Shown here: positions 1-10,753 of the stretch, in pieces
Layout: every line of letters starts with the position of its first letter
How positions within the stretch are numbered: position 1 is the first letter of the stretch
Assembly (NCBI GenBank): GCA_039799905.1
Contig: JBDLRP010000046.1
Span: 1-64,000, forward strand
Reading direction: 5' to 3'
DNA: 64,000 bases
Source of the DNA: Pseudomonadota bacterium
GTDB lineage: Bacteria; Bdellovibrionota_B; Oligoflexia; Silvanigrellales; Silvanigrellaceae
The notes under the pieces: generated by a model
What the model saw: the letters and a program-made list of their open reading frames with translations, nothing else
The model's database searches: none
Told to the model about the DNA's origin: nothing
Position numbers and translations under genes: made by a program

Positions 1-606
1 CTCGCAGAACTGGGCATGCCGCGCACGCAATTCATCTGCGAATTGCAGACCGGCAATGCTATCACGCCACCGCGGAGTGTGGGAACTTCTGCAGCAGAGT
101 TGCTTTCAAGCGAAGAGCTCGAAATTTTTGTCCGCCTGTCGCGGATGGGCGCCGAGCGCGCTCAATTCCTGATGAGCGCAAATGCCGGCATTGCACCGCA
201 GCCCATCGAACGTGTGGCAAGCGGTGGCGAACTATCGCGCACCATGCTGGCTATCAAGAGCGTCCTGTTCGCCGACGGCGCGGTCAGTGTTTTTGTTTTT
301 GACGAAATTGATACTGGCATTAGTGGCAGCATTGCTTCAAAAGTCGGTCGAAAAATGGCCGAATTTTGCTCCCGCCGGCAGGCCCTCTGCATCACGCATC
401 TGGCACAGGTCGCATGTTTTGCGAACTGCCATTTTATTGCCACTAAGTCGCTCAAGAAAGGCAAAACGGTGGCAGAAATAAAGGTGGCATCAGCAGAAGA
501 ACGTCTGCAGGCTCTCGCCGGCATGGTGGCCGGCGAACGGGTGACGAAAGAAAGTCTTGCGCAGGCCAAAGCACTGCTGTCTGAAGCACGGGGAGCACCT
601 CTCTGA
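1..606 (+). CDS. recN: DNA repair protein RecN, C-terminal part (5' truncated by window)
   Basis: Frame open from base 1; SMC-type motifs VASGGELSR, VFDEIDTGISG and ITHLAQVA. Confidence 0.95.
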   Translation, partial: LAELGMPRTQFICELQTGNAITPPRSVGTSAAELLSSEELEIFVRLSRMGAERAQFLMSANAGIAPQPIERVASGGELSRTMLAIKSVLFADGAVSVFVFDEIDTGISGSIASKVGRKMAEFCSRRQALCITHLAQVACFANCHFIATKSLKKGKTVAEIKVASAEERLQALAGMVAGERVTKESLAQAKALLSEARGAPL

Positions 607-1625
607 TGACAACACAATCATTTGCAGCTGTCGCCTATTTAAACATGCTCCCGTTTTTTGCTGATGACGCCTCGATAAAGCTCTATCCGACACCGCGCGC
701 GCTCAATACCGACAAGCCCCAATGCAATGCCTATTGTTCATCGTTGATTGCAGGACTTTCGGACGGCAGCCGACCGCTGACGTCCCAGCTCGGAGTGTTC
801 TCTTCAGGCGCCGTTCAGAGCGTCTTTATCGAACCGGTGATTCACGCCGAGACACATGCAAAATTCTGGAAGCAACTTGAAGAGCTGTGGTCTCACCGCC
901 ATCCCAGCCCCGTAGAAGCCCTCCGCGACTCAGAAACGCACGGTCGAATTGTTTTGCGCAGTTCGGGCGCCAGCGAACAATCTGTCTGGATGTTGAAAGT
1001 CTTGGCGGCGCTCGGCGGTTTCTCAATCGAAGTGCTCATAGACTCCCCTTCCACATCGCCCTCAAACGACTGCGCTCCCAGCGGCGAGAAAAAGCCGCCC
1101 GAGGCCCGGCTGTGGATTGGCGATCCCGCACTCGAACGCAGACTGCAATCGCCGGATGCCTACCGTATTGATCTCGGGCAGGTCTGGAACACACATATGG
1201 GACACAGAGCTTGGTTTGCAGGCTGGTTTGCTCCGCCCAACCAACCCCATCACGCGTCTCAAACTATCGCCGAGCTCTTCAAAAGAATTAAAGCCTGGCA
1301 CCAGGGCAGCGAGTTTTTCCGCTGGTGTGCGACTCACAAATTCCTTCAACTGCAGGACAGCCCGCTCCTCAAGCAGCACTCCAACGATGGACAACAATTG
1401 CTCAATTCGGGCGACGAACAACACTGGGACATTCGTGATGCGCTCAGCGATTATTTCGCAGGTCTGGAATTCACCGTCAGCGAAGAAGAAGGAAAGTGTC
1501 TGCTTGAATTCTACATAGAGCTGAACAAATCATTCGCCCAGTGGCAGGCTTTGCAGGATCAAAAGCAAAGCGCGCAGCGTGCTGCTCACAACACGCCACG
1601 CGCTGCATCTGTTACTGCCGGCTGA
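606..1625 (+). CDS. mqnA: MqnA-like chorismate dehydratase (futalosine menaquinone pathway)
   Basis: Motifs YLNMLP, SSGAVQSV, LWIGDPAL, DLGQVW...WFAGW match the MqnA/MqnD pattern; TGATG overlap with recN stop. Confidence 0.7.
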   Translation: MTTQSFAAVAYLNMLPFFADDASIKLYPTPRALNTDKPQCNAYCSSLIAGLSDGSRPLTSQLGVFSSGAVQSVFIEPVIHAETHAKFWKQLEELWSHRHPSPVEALRDSETHGRIVLRSSGASEQSVWMLKVLAALGGFSIEVLIDSPSTSPSNDCAPSGEKKPPEARLWIGDPALERRLQSPDAYRIDLGQVWNTHMGHRAWFAGWFAPPNQPHHASQTIAELFKRIKAWHQGSEFFRWCATHKFLQLQDSPLLKQHSNDGQQLLNSGDEQHWDIRDALSDYFAGLEFTVSEEEGKCLLEFYIELNKSFAQWQALQDQKQSAQRAAHNTPRAASVTAG

Positions 1626-4600
1626 CTCTCACATCAACATTGGTCAAGCCAATTCCATCTGCATTCAGAAGTTTAATTTCGCCTGCGATTCCATATTGTC
1701 CGCCCGTAAAAAGCGGGTCCGCGAGCAGTCTGCTTGCCGTCGTGTCGAAAGCATACCCAACTGTGAAACGACTTTCTTCTGATGCGTCGCGGCTGACACG
1801 TAACTGTCCCGCTTCGGGTTTCGCATTCTGGATAAGCTCGGTGGCAATGAAACCGGCTTTATCTGCAGGAACATCGTAGGGATCGATCCGTACCGCATAG
1901 AACTTACCGACTTGCGGTGCAAAGGTACCACGCTCGTCGGCAGTAGCCGAACCACTGCGGGCAACCGCCTTGCAGATTTTCAGTGCCTCGTCTTCGCACT
2001 CGTCAATCACCATGTCGATGTCCAAGCCTTGCATGGACGACATCGTCGTGACCGTCACACGGCCCGTTCCTTCCGAATAGGTTCTTGCCACTTTGCCTGC
2101 CGCCGACGGAATAACCATGAGTCCTGAAGACGGAGTGATTTCGTGCTGGGTTTTGCCGAAAAGTCCATTGAGCAAGAACAGGCTCTGTTCCGCGCTGGGT
2201 ATCGCATCAAACGTGCTCTCTTTGAGTTCGACAGGGAACTCACCCGAGGCCAACGTTGAGGGCTGCAGAGCGAGATCAGCAATTTCGGCAAACGTCGCAT
2301 AATCAATGTTCAGCGAGTAACTGCTGAGCGGAAATTGAAAGCGGCCAAAGACATGTAGGTCCCAGATTCCCGCCATTGGGTTCATTTCGGTGAAGCCGGT
2401 GACAAGGCGGTTGTTGATTGGTGCTCCAAGTGAACTGCAACTTTGCGCAACGCTGCCGAGCATGGCCAAGTCTGCGGGAGTGCGCGTGTTTCCACCCGCG
2501 AGCACCGACAAACTCACAGCCGAACAGGAACGTCCGTTGTCGGCAACATTGGCCTTGGGCACCTCAAGCGCAACGCGCAAAACACTCACGCCTTTGGGGA
2601 CGCGCACATAATGCCTGTCCACCATGAAGCTGCCGATCTGCTTTGAAAGCGAAAACTTTGCCTGCATGGAAGCCGAGTGGTGCGGCATCGTCAGATAAAC
2701 AGGAATTTCAAACGCTGCCGTCACATCACGCTGACCATTGACAACTTTGTAGGCACGGATGATCGCTCCGTGATCGCCCGCTGGAAGATCGGCGAGCAGA
2801 GATTTTCTCAAGCAGAGGTAAAGGGCGCTGGAACGCGAAGGGTTCAGCCCCGTGCGCGCGTTGGCGGGCAAATCCACAGCGCCGGAACCGTAAATAGTCA
2901 GCGAGGGGCTCTCCGAGATGCTCTCGTCATTGCAACTCACCGCTTGTGGAACGCCCACTTTCAACCACGCACTGCGTGAACCGTAGTAGGTTGTTTCAAG
3001 GGCGAAGCTTTCGGCACTTGTGTTGAGTTGACGCAACAGGTCGCCGACATCAGGTCTACCCAAATCTTTGAAGTTCAAATTGCGGTTGAAATGAACTTCA
3101 ACCAAATTGTCTGCCTCTTGTTCGGTAAGCCAGACACCCTGACCAAATTTTCTCTCCGTTTGAGCGCTTCCGACCAAAGCACCCGTGTCGAACGTTTGCG
3201 TTCCGTCATATTTCATACCATTGCCCAGCGAACGGAGAACACGCACCTTGTAATCAAGCGCGGCGCTGCGTGCCTTGCCGGTCGAGCCTTCGCCAGTCAA
3301 CTCAACACCCGATGGGATTTCAACGGCTGCTTTTTTCTTGAGTAGCTCCCAAGCACGTGGCAACGAGACTATGCCATAGCCCTGATCAATCCACGTGTAG
3401 ACCCCTTTGCTCGAGACACCAGTGAGCGGGTTGAACGAATTGACCTGAAACGGTCGCGCTGAATCAAGAACAATTCTGCGAATCGTCAGCGCATCCGTCG
3501 GCAGCGGACGCTGCGGGTTTTTAGCATTGTAGATTTTGGCGGCATCAACCAGCAGAGCGATAGCGCCCGCCGCAGCAGGAGCGGCCATCGATGTTCCCCA
3601 GTACACGTCCAATCCGGCACGGCTGCCATTGGCAGAGTTGAGCTGTATCGTGCTCAGTTGAGTGCCCGGCGCGGCGATATTGGGCTTGAATCCGCCCGCA
3701 GCAGTTGGACCGCGCGAACTAAAATACATGACAAAGTCTTCATCTTGAGTGTTCGCCGACGACGACTCTCCGCGGCTGGCCTGCCATTGGTATTGTTTGG
3801 CAATCATTCCTTGTGTTGCGGTGGCGGCAACGCTCAAGGCATGGCGCGCTGTCGACGGGCTGCCGACAGTTTGTCTTCCCGGCCCAGAATTGCCCGCCGA
3901 AATCACAAACAGAACATCATAGAGTTCTGTCAACCGGTTGATAATTGTTTCCTGAACGCCGTAGCCATCGTTGGCCGCCGACAAGCCGCCCAACGACATG
4001 TTGATGATTTCGGCACCGCTGCGCGCCAAATCAATAATCGCCTTCGTCGCGTTGCAGCCACTATTGTTCGAGCAAACTCTGTTAATCATGAGTTCCGACT
4101 CAGGTGCCACACCGCGCGTCTGAGAGTCTGCGGCATCATTTGAAACCATTCGCTGTGCACCGATGATTCCCGCCACGTGACTGCCGTGATTACCAGGATC
4201 AAAACCGACCAGCGCAACCCGCAACAGCTTTTCCGCGGGAGCCGATGAATCAGCCTGCGGAACTTCGATTTGCGAAATCGACAGGCCAATTTTCTCGCTC
4301 AAGACATCTGCGGTATCGGCTGTCTTGTTGAAGTCCCCCATCGCCTTCACGGAACGGAAGTCTTTTGTTCCCGAGAAGTCGATGTAAACCTTCTCTCCGC
4401 GTTCCGAAGGAACGATGAAGAAATAAAACTTGTCGTCGTTCCTTCCGTTGCCGTTGATGTCAACCTGTTCATCTTCACTGGCAAAAGCAGTTTCACTGAT
4501 CAAACCAAGACGCGCCGCCGTGCCGCTTTCGCTCAATTCAGAATGCAGGCGTTTGGAAAGTACAAATTTTTCTCCGCTGATGCTTTGAAATGGCAGCAGC

Positions 4601-5559
4601 AGCTCACCGTTCTCGCCGGTCGACAACGAACCTTCGGCGAACGCTTCAGGCGACAGGTACTCAGCATCGACCAGAACACTGAACGCACCTTTGGAATTCG
4701 CAGAATCCGCAGATTCGTCGCGCGCGACCTTGATGAGAGCGCGCTGCGAAACAAACCCTGCGCCTTCGTTGGTGGAATCTTTCATGTAGGTGATTCGTCT
4801 GCGCTCAGACTGCGAGCTTCTGAATGCAGGATGGGCATAGGTGACTCCAGTGTCGGTCACACCAACACGAACACGTTCACCCGTTGGAGTTTGTCCAAGT
4901 TCAGAAGTCGCCTCGCGCAGGAATTGACTCACGCCCATGCGTTCAATGCCGGAGAGCTGATCAGCTGACCTCCCAGTTGCCGACTCGCGCGCCGATGAGC
5001 GTGTCCTTCGGTAGGAGTCAGGCTTGGCATTCGCCTGAACACGGGGTGCAAGAACGATATCAGCTTCAAGTCCGGTAATGCCGCTCAGGCGACTGTAGTC
5101 GGAAACGGCAATCCAACCGGAAAAGTACCCCACGTCGGCTGCGTAATAAAGATTGCTCAATGCGGCACGAGCGCTGATCCGTTCAACAATATTTCTGAGA
5201 AGCTTCTCGGTCTGGAGGTTTTTTTCAGCGGCCGGCAGATTCTGGAGCGCGCTGTTGGCCTGCACCCGTGCAAAGCCCGCGTCCGACAACAGACCTTCAA
5301 CAGGAATCATTGCCTTGCCGCCCGCCGCATAACGAACTGGCAGGTGCGTATCGGGAGTGAGATCGAGACGATCGGCGCCGCGTGGCAGTTCAGGAAGCTG
5401 AGTATCGGGCAATGTCGTTCGTCCCGATTTTGTCTGGGGTTCGAGTCCGTTCACATCGTCGGCGAGGCTGCCGGCAGGCTGCTTGGATGCAAACCAGCCG
5501 CAGCCGGCCACGGAATAAAGGCTCAGTGCCGCAAATGCAGCTTTATATTTGAATTTCAT
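1612..5559 (-). CDS. Large S8 (subtilisin-family) serine protease, lipoprotein
   Basis: Catalytic motifs VTDTG, NHGSHVAG, SAGNSG, GTSMAAP; likely start ATG 5559 gives signal with lipobox (MKFKYKAAFAALSLYSVAGC). Confidence 0.9.
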   Translation of the reverse strand: MKFKYKAAFAALSLYSVAGCGWFASKQPAGSLADDVNGLEPQTKSGRTTLPDTQLPELPRGADRLDLTPDTHLPVRYAAGGKAMIPVEGLLSDAGFARVQANSALQNLPAAEKNLQTEKLLRNIVERISARAALSNLYYAADVGYFSGWIAVSDYSRLSGITGLEADIVLAPRVQANAKPDSYRRTRSSARESATGRSADQLSGIERMGVSQFLREATSELGQTPTGERVRVGVTDTGVTYAHPAFRSSQSERRRITYMKDSTNEGAGFVSQRALIKVARDESADSANSKGAFSVLVDAEYLSPEAFAEGSLSTGENGELLLPFQSISGEKFVLSKRLHSELSESGTAARLGLISETAFASEDEQVDINGNGRNDDKFYFFIVPSERGEKVYIDFSGTKDFRSVKAMGDFNKTADTADVLSEKIGLSISQIEVPQADSSAPAEKLLRVALVGFDPGNHGSHVAGIIGAQRMVSNDAADSQTRGVAPESELMINRVCSNNSGCNATKAIIDLARSGAEIINMSLGGLSAANDGYGVQETIINRLTELYDVLFVISAGNSGPGRQTVGSPSTARHALSVAATATQGMIAKQYQWQASRGESSSANTQDEDFVMYFSSRGPTAAGGFKPNIAAPGTQLSTIQLNSANGSRAGLDVYWGTSMAAPAAAGAIALLVDAAKIYNAKNPQRPLPTDALTIRRIVLDSARPFQVNSFNPLTGVSSKGVYTWIDQGYGIVSLPRAWELLKKKAAVEIPSGVELTGEGSTGKARSAALDYKVRVLRSLGNGMKYDGTQTFDTGALVGSAQTERKFGQGVWLTEQEADNLVEVHFNRNLNFKDLGRPDVGDLLRQLNTSAESFALETTYYGSRSAWLKVGVPQAVSCNDESISESPSLTIYGSGAVDLPANARTGLNPSRSSALYLCLRKSLLADLPAGDHGAIIRAYKVVNGQRDVTAAFEIPVYLTMPHHSASMQAKFSLSKQIGSFMVDRHYVRVPKGVSVLRVALEVPKANVADNGRSCSAVSLSVLAGGNTRTPADLAMLGSVAQSCSSLGAPINNRLVTGFTEMNPMAGIWDLHVFGRFQFPLSSYSLNIDYATFAEIADLALQPSTLASGEFPVELKESTFDAIPSAEQSLFLLNGLFGKTQHEITPSSGLMVIPSAAGKVARTYSEGTGRVTVTTMSSMQGLDIDMVIDECEDEALKICKAVARSGSATADERGTFAPQVGKFYAVRIDPYDVPADKAGFIATELIQNAKPEAGQLRVSRDASEESRFTVGYAFDTTASRLLADPLFTGGQYGIAGEIKLLNADGIGLTNVDVRVSRQ

Positions 5560-5652
5560 AGACGGAAAACCCTCCGTTTGGCCCAACGGCCAAGTGGTAA
5601 GGCTTTCCGGCTGAAACGTCAACCCAATTTTTTGGGAAAACTCAGAAAATGA

Positions 5653-8600
5653 CTATTGCAGCGGGGCTGTGTCACCGGATTCGCCGCGGCTCTGTTGCGC
5701 GAACGAACGAATGCGCTCGGCAGTTTCCGCATCCGGTGCACCAAGGCTCAGAGCCTGCTCTGCCTGCGCGGCGAAGCTCTTCGTCTCTTGCTGCAAACGC
5801 TCGGCACCCTGTGAAATCTGCGCGCGGATTCCCTCAACGTCGGACGGATTCAAAGTGGGAGGAAGTTCAACTGCCAAAAGAATCTTTGCGACCTCTTCAG
5901 CGAGTTTTGCTGTCTCATAGTAGCCCGCTGAACAGTACTCGAGACCAGGAACCTCGCACGCAGCCAGGAACATTCCCTTGGCTCTGTCGTAGTCTACAAG
6001 GATTCCTTTGATCGCCTGCGGAAGATTTTTCTGGTTTTGAATATTGCGGTTGCGGATTGCAGGAGCATCAAGATAGGCGATGCTGTATTTGGCTTTGGCC
6101 TGCAGTCTGAATCCTTCTTGGGACACGGGCTTCAGGCTCAGCAAACGCGCAGCTGTTTTGCGCGCCAACGGTTCGACCCCCTGACGAAGCTGCACAAGAA
6201 GAATCTGCGAGCGCAGGTAAATCTCGTCATCGGCTGAGCCAATGAACTTCATCATCCGCTCGTATGATGCGATTGCTTCGGCGGGTCGACCAAACTTGAA
6301 GTATGTGTCCGCAATTTCCTTCGCAATCTTCAATTTTTCAGAGTTGCTGCTGAGCTGTCCCAAATAATTTTCATAGTGCGCAATCGAATTTGCAAAACGG
6401 CCGAGTGACTTGTGCATTTCAGCAGAACGCAGCCATGCGGTTCGCTTGATTCCGTCCTGTGGATACTTCTTTGCAAAGTCCTCATAATGCTTCGCGGCAC
6501 GAAGAAACTGCGCGATGCCGCGCGAGAGCTCCGCAGCTTGCCAGGTTGTTTCCTTCACGTAGCCGGAAGTGGGATACGCTTTCAGAAGCGTTTCCATCTG
6601 GGTGACTGCTGAATCGGTTTTCTTTGCCTGCAAGAAATTTCTCGCGGCTAGATCGAGAGCCGTCGCTGCATTTTGATGCTTCGGAAACTCCTTCTGGAAC
6701 GCCGCAAAACGATTGGCAGCAGCCTCGAACTGTCCCTGTGCGGACAATTGCTGCGCATGAGAATAAACCGCGTTTTCAACAATCACCTGCAAATTTCTGT
6801 GAACGGGCTTGCTCGGGACAATCTTCGCCCTCAGAGCAAGACGCGCAACCTTCTCAACATACGGCCAATCCTTCTTTTGTTCCGCAGACTCAAGAAGGTA
6901 ACTGACCGACTCGCTCGCATATTTGCTGCGTGGGTACTTTGAAAGCACATCATCAAATCTTTGCCGTGCGGGGTTCTCCTGACCAATGACATGGGTCATA
7001 TACGCAGCCTGAAAAACAGACTGTTCGAGTTCGGGTCCCGTCACAACGGATTTCATTTTATCGAGGGTCACAACGTACGCCTGCGCCATCTGCTCATCGC
7101 CATTGAGCTTGCGGTTGCGGACAAACTTGGGTTCTGCGGAAATCCCCAACAACGACTCGCGTGCACGCAACGAATAGCGCAACGCGGACAAAAGAACTGC
7201 CCGATCCTTAGTCTGTCCTGCAAGAGCATCGGCACGCATGGCAACATCACCTGCGCGTCTGCTCTTCCAGAGCAATTCAATCACCTTCAAGGTCCAATCT
7301 TCGCGTGCGGCATAGTCGGTCGAGTTTTGCACAAAAAAGTCATGCAACGAGACGAAACGCGCAATGCTCTCACCGTCGAGTTTGGACTGCGCCTGAGCGT
7401 GCGCAAGATTCTGTGTGTAGAGAATTCTCCCAGGGAGCTGGGTTCTCAAGATATCTCCGCTTTTGAACACTCGCTGCCACTGTGACTGACCGGATATCAG
7501 GTCGCGAGCCGCAAGATTGATGTCCAAGATGCGCAGCTCGAGATAGGCCTTGAATGAGTTTGAGTACTCGCCCAAATCCTGAATGTCGGCATAAATCTTG
7601 GCAGCGCGGCCGGGTTGTTTGGCAATGTTGTTCAATGCGACAGTCTCGCTGTAGTTGCGCGCGACGTCTAACGCGCCGGCACCCTGCATAGACTGAATCA
7701 CTTCGCCATCGACGTTCAAAGAATCACGCAACAGTGCGGCTTGCCTGAGACGACTGAGTACGCGGCCCAGCAGAGGTCCCGTTTTGCCATCCGAACGCTT
7801 GAATCGATCCATGTCCTTGAGCGCTTCCTGGTAAAGCGCGGTGGCTTGCCCATATTGTTTCTTTGCAAACGCAGCTTCACCGGACAAATACCTGAACGCT
7901 GCACGGGCACCTGCCTCGCTCGCACTGTTGGCGGCGAATTCCAGATTTCCAAAAGAACTCGTTGCTTTTCCAGATTCGTAATCGAGCACAATTCCAACCA
8001 GCGCAACGCTCTGTTGTTCGGCGGTTCGATTTTGTCCGACGAATCTCAGAGCCTCCTCACGTGCGCTGGGATCTCCCATTTTTAAACGAGACGTCAGTTG
8101 CAGCGAACGCAATGCGACGACCCGCTCATTTTTAGGAAATGATCTCGCCAATCCATCAATGGCATTGGTGAGTTGTCCGCGTACAGAGCGAGCGAAGTGG
8201 AAAAGATCCGGATAACGGCTGTCGGTTCCGCCTGTTGCCCGCAAATACTCTACGTATGTGGCTTGCTCCTCGAGAAGCTTCACGAGCCGCAGTCCGACAT
8301 TGAGCGACTGCTGAGATTTAGCTGGTTGGGCTTTATACTCTGTCTCGACCTGCCTGATTTGAACGGCGCGTGTTGCCGCCGCCTGTGCGCTGAGACTCAC
8401 GGCACCGAAATCGGCCCCGACGGCATCCACAAAGTAAATAGTTGCGGGATTCACTGGTGGCTTGAACAGGGGAGGGAAAGCCGGAGTCCAAACTGCATTG
8501 CCAGCCGGCGCAACGGGACGCGAAGACGATTTGGCCGCTTTGGCCGACAGGGATACGCCGCCTTGAGCCGATGCCGTGGGAATTTCAGCAATGCCCAGCC

Positions 8601-8727
8601 CAGCAATCAAGGTAACAATCGCCCACAGGGAACGATACCGAATCGTGATCCGCTCTGCACGCATGACGCTCAAGCTCTCCTTGTGCTCAGCATTTTTCGC
8701 CGTCATCGAACGGTTAAGTTCAATCAA
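5653..8727 (-). CDS. Large exported tetratricopeptide-repeat protein
   Basis: 1024-aa ORF with N-terminal hydrophobic signal and repeated TPR/BamD-like units (F..F.K.FP, Y..FAKKYP); true start uncertain. Confidence 0.8.
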   Translation of the reverse strand: MIELNRSMTAKNAEHKESLSVMRAERITIRYRSLWAIVTLIAGLGIAEIPTASAQGGVSLSAKAAKSSSRPVAPAGNAVWTPAFPPLFKPPVNPATIYFVDAVGADFGAVSLSAQAAATRAVQIRQVETEYKAQPAKSQQSLNVGLRLVKLLEEQATYVEYLRATGGTDSRYPDLFHFARSVRGQLTNAIDGLARSFPKNERVVALRSLQLTSRLKMGDPSAREEALRFVGQNRTAEQQSVALVGIVLDYESGKATSSFGNLEFAANSASEAGARAAFRYLSGEAAFAKKQYGQATALYQEALKDMDRFKRSDGKTGPLLGRVLSRLRQAALLRDSLNVDGEVIQSMQGAGALDVARNYSETVALNNIAKQPGRAAKIYADIQDLGEYSNSFKAYLELRILDINLAARDLISGQSQWQRVFKSGDILRTQLPGRILYTQNLAHAQAQSKLDGESIARFVSLHDFFVQNSTDYAAREDWTLKVIELLWKSRRAGDVAMRADALAGQTKDRAVLLSALRYSLRARESLLGISAEPKFVRNRKLNGDEQMAQAYVVTLDKMKSVVTGPELEQSVFQAAYMTHVIGQENPARQRFDDVLSKYPRSKYASESVSYLLESAEQKKDWPYVEKVARLALRAKIVPSKPVHRNLQVIVENAVYSHAQQLSAQGQFEAAANRFAAFQKEFPKHQNAATALDLAARNFLQAKKTDSAVTQMETLLKAYPTSGYVKETTWQAAELSRGIAQFLRAAKHYEDFAKKYPQDGIKRTAWLRSAEMHKSLGRFANSIAHYENYLGQLSSNSEKLKIAKEIADTYFKFGRPAEAIASYERMMKFIGSADDEIYLRSQILLVQLRQGVEPLARKTAARLLSLKPVSQEGFRLQAKAKYSIAYLDAPAIRNRNIQNQKNLPQAIKGILVDYDRAKGMFLAACEVPGLEYCSAGYYETAKLAEEVAKILLAVELPPTLNPSDVEGIRAQISQGAERLQQETKSFAAQAEQALSLGAPDAETAERIRSFAQQSRGESGDTAPLQ

Positions 8728-8767
8728 CTTAAATGCTTGGGGCTTATCGGTTCAATTATCCAGAACA

Positions 8768-9811
8768 TTAGGTCATTTTCAAACTATTTGCTGAGTTCCA
8801 ATCGGAGAGGAATTTTTCCAATGTTTGAAAGTCTTGCGGCGGCTCACTCGAGAAAACCAGCTTTTCGCCCGTGGCCGGATGAGACAATCCCAAAACTTGC
8901 GCATGGAGCATCTGCCGCTGGGCAAGCTCACGGACTCTTGACCAGAGTTCTCTGTTGCGCAACATCTCGGCCCCACCAAGGTCATGGCTGCGCGCAGAGG
9001 GGCCATACAGGATGTCGCCAAGCAGGCCGTGTTTGAAATGTGAGAGTTGCACACGGATTTGGTGAGTTCGCCCCGTGTATAACTCACACGTCACGGAAGA
9101 TGCGAGACCACCGGCCAACTGCCTGTCTGCAAAAACCTTCATCTTTGCAATTTTGCCCTCGCCTTGCTGCAGTACTGCGTATTTCAGGCGGTTGTGCGGG
9201 TCGCGGCCGTGCCATGTTTCAATGATTTGCTCATTTTTTTCCAGACAGCCGAACACCAAAGCGCGATAACGGCGAAGTTGTGCATGCGTCGCAAATTGTC
9301 TCGAAATTTCCGTCAGTGCCAACTGACTCTTGGCAACCACCATCACTCCGCTGGTGTCGCGATCAAGACGATGAACAATTCCCGCACGCAACGGATCTCC
9401 CAAACTTGGCAATGTGGCACCCGTGTGCGCCAGTACTGCATTGACCAACGTACCGTCGGGAACACCGGCCCCGGGGTGAACAACCAACCCAGCTGGTTTG
9501 TCCACAACCAGAATGTCGTCGTCCTCAAAAATAATTTTGAGTGGTATTTCCTGCGCCGCAGGCAGCAAAGGCGCGGGTTTTAATGCACCGACGTCCACCT
9601 CGATGATTTCACCCAGCGACGTGTGCCACGAGGCTCTTCTGATTCGTCCGTTCACGCGCACGGCACCTGCCTCAATCAATTTTTGCGCAAATGACCTGCT
9701 CGGAACAAACTCTGCGAGCCTGTTGAGAACAACATCCAGTCGCAGTCCGTCGCAGTCGGGCGGAAGTGGAAAACTGACGAATTCGTGTCCGACAGCCGAG
9801 GGCTGGTTCAC
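8768..9811 (-). CDS. rluD: RluA/RluD-family 23S rRNA pseudouridine synthase with S4 domain
   Basis: S4 motif RLD...SRS; KPAGLVVHPG; GIVHRLDRDTSG; TGRTHQIRV. Confidence 0.9.
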   Translation of the reverse strand: MNQPSAVGHEFVSFPLPPDCDGLRLDVVLNRLAEFVPSRSFAQKLIEAGAVRVNGRIRRASWHTSLGEIIEVDVGALKPAPLLPAAQEIPLKIIFEDDDILVVDKPAGLVVHPGAGVPDGTLVNAVLAHTGATLPSLGDPLRAGIVHRLDRDTSGVMVVAKSQLALTEISRQFATHAQLRRYRALVFGCLEKNEQIIETWHGRDPHNRLKYAVLQQGEGKIAKMKVFADRQLAGGLASSVTCELYTGRTHQIRVQLSHFKHGLLGDILYGPSARSHDLGGAEMLRNRELWSRVRELAQRQMLHAQVLGLSHPATGEKLVFSSEPPQDFQTLEKFLSDWNSANSLKMT

Positions 9812-9829
9812 GGCAGAAAATCCGCTGTG

Positions 9830-10753
9830 TCAGGTGCGACGGGTGCGCGACTGAATGCGCAGACGGGACCGATAGTTTTCGGTAATGGCATCAATGATGT
9901 CCTCACGCTTCAAATTCAAATAACGGAGGTATGACACCAAAAAGCCGCGGAAGTAAACGGCTGCAGGCAATTGCTCATAGCGATCAGACTCAATAGCAAG
10001 CAGGTATTTTCTTGGAATTTTTGTTCGGACAGACATCTCATCAACGTCCACCCCCATCTCTTCGCGCAATTTTTTCAACAAACTGCCGGTGATCTGCTCT
10101 GCAGAATCGATGATGTTGTTCATCATGCTGACAGCCTCGGGCTGCATGGAAGCGCGCGCGCAGACGTCGACGACATCTTTGTCACTTTCGCCTACGAGCG
10201 TTTTCAGACGGCGCGGCGGCTGATATGCCGATGGCTCGCCTGATCTCACGGGCGTTACGGCATCCAGAGGCTCGTGGTTGTGGCGGAAATCGCGCGAAGA
10301 AGCGGCTGGCCTGTTGGTTCCGGCGGTCGCCCCTGCCTTGTTGGGATTGAAGGCACCCTTGAGTTCAGGAAGATCAAGTGCACTGAGCGGTGCCGACTGC
10401 ATGCCACCCACGCCCTGACCATTGCGCTTGAGATAAAAAACATTGTCCTCGTCATCGAGGCGTGAAATGGACTCGCCGCTCAGTTGCGGCAACAGCAACG
10501 CCGAAACGACGCAATCTTCAGAATCATTGACGGTCGACTGCTCGATCTCTGTCAGAAGCGCGCGATAGGCCCAATCGAGCTCTTCGACATCAAGCTCGGA
10601 TTTTGTCCCGCCTTGCAACAGACGCTCCCGCGTCTTGCGGTAGCACTGATGGACGTTGTCCAATGTGAGTTCGCCCTGCAGGCCAATAATTTCGGCCGGA
10701 GTATTTGCGACTCTCTCACCCATAGGTTTAAAACCCCTTTCAACCCATTCCAC
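9830..10753 (-). CDS. Cytoplasmic protein with C-terminal RodZ-type HTH (HTH_25) and a J-domain-like N-terminus
   Basis: C-terminal GSLLKKLRE...TKI..KYLLAIESDRYEQLPAAVYFRGFL..Y..YL; no transmembrane helix; overlaps the upstream ATPase gene. Confidence 0.75.
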   Translation of the reverse strand: MEWVERGFKPMGERVANTPAEIIGLQGELTLDNVHQCYRKTRERLLQGGTKSELDVEELDWAYRALLTEIEQSTVNDSEDCVVSALLLPQLSGESISRLDDEDNVFYLKRNGQGVGGMQSAPLSALDLPELKGAFNPNKAGATAGTNRPAASSRDFRHNHEPLDAVTPVRSGEPSAYQPPRRLKTLVGESDKDVVDVCARASMQPEAVSMMNNIIDSAEQITGSLLKKLREEMGVDVDEMSVRTKIPRKYLLAIESDRYEQLPAAVYFRGFLVSYLRYLNLKREDIIDAITENYRSRLRIQSRTRRT

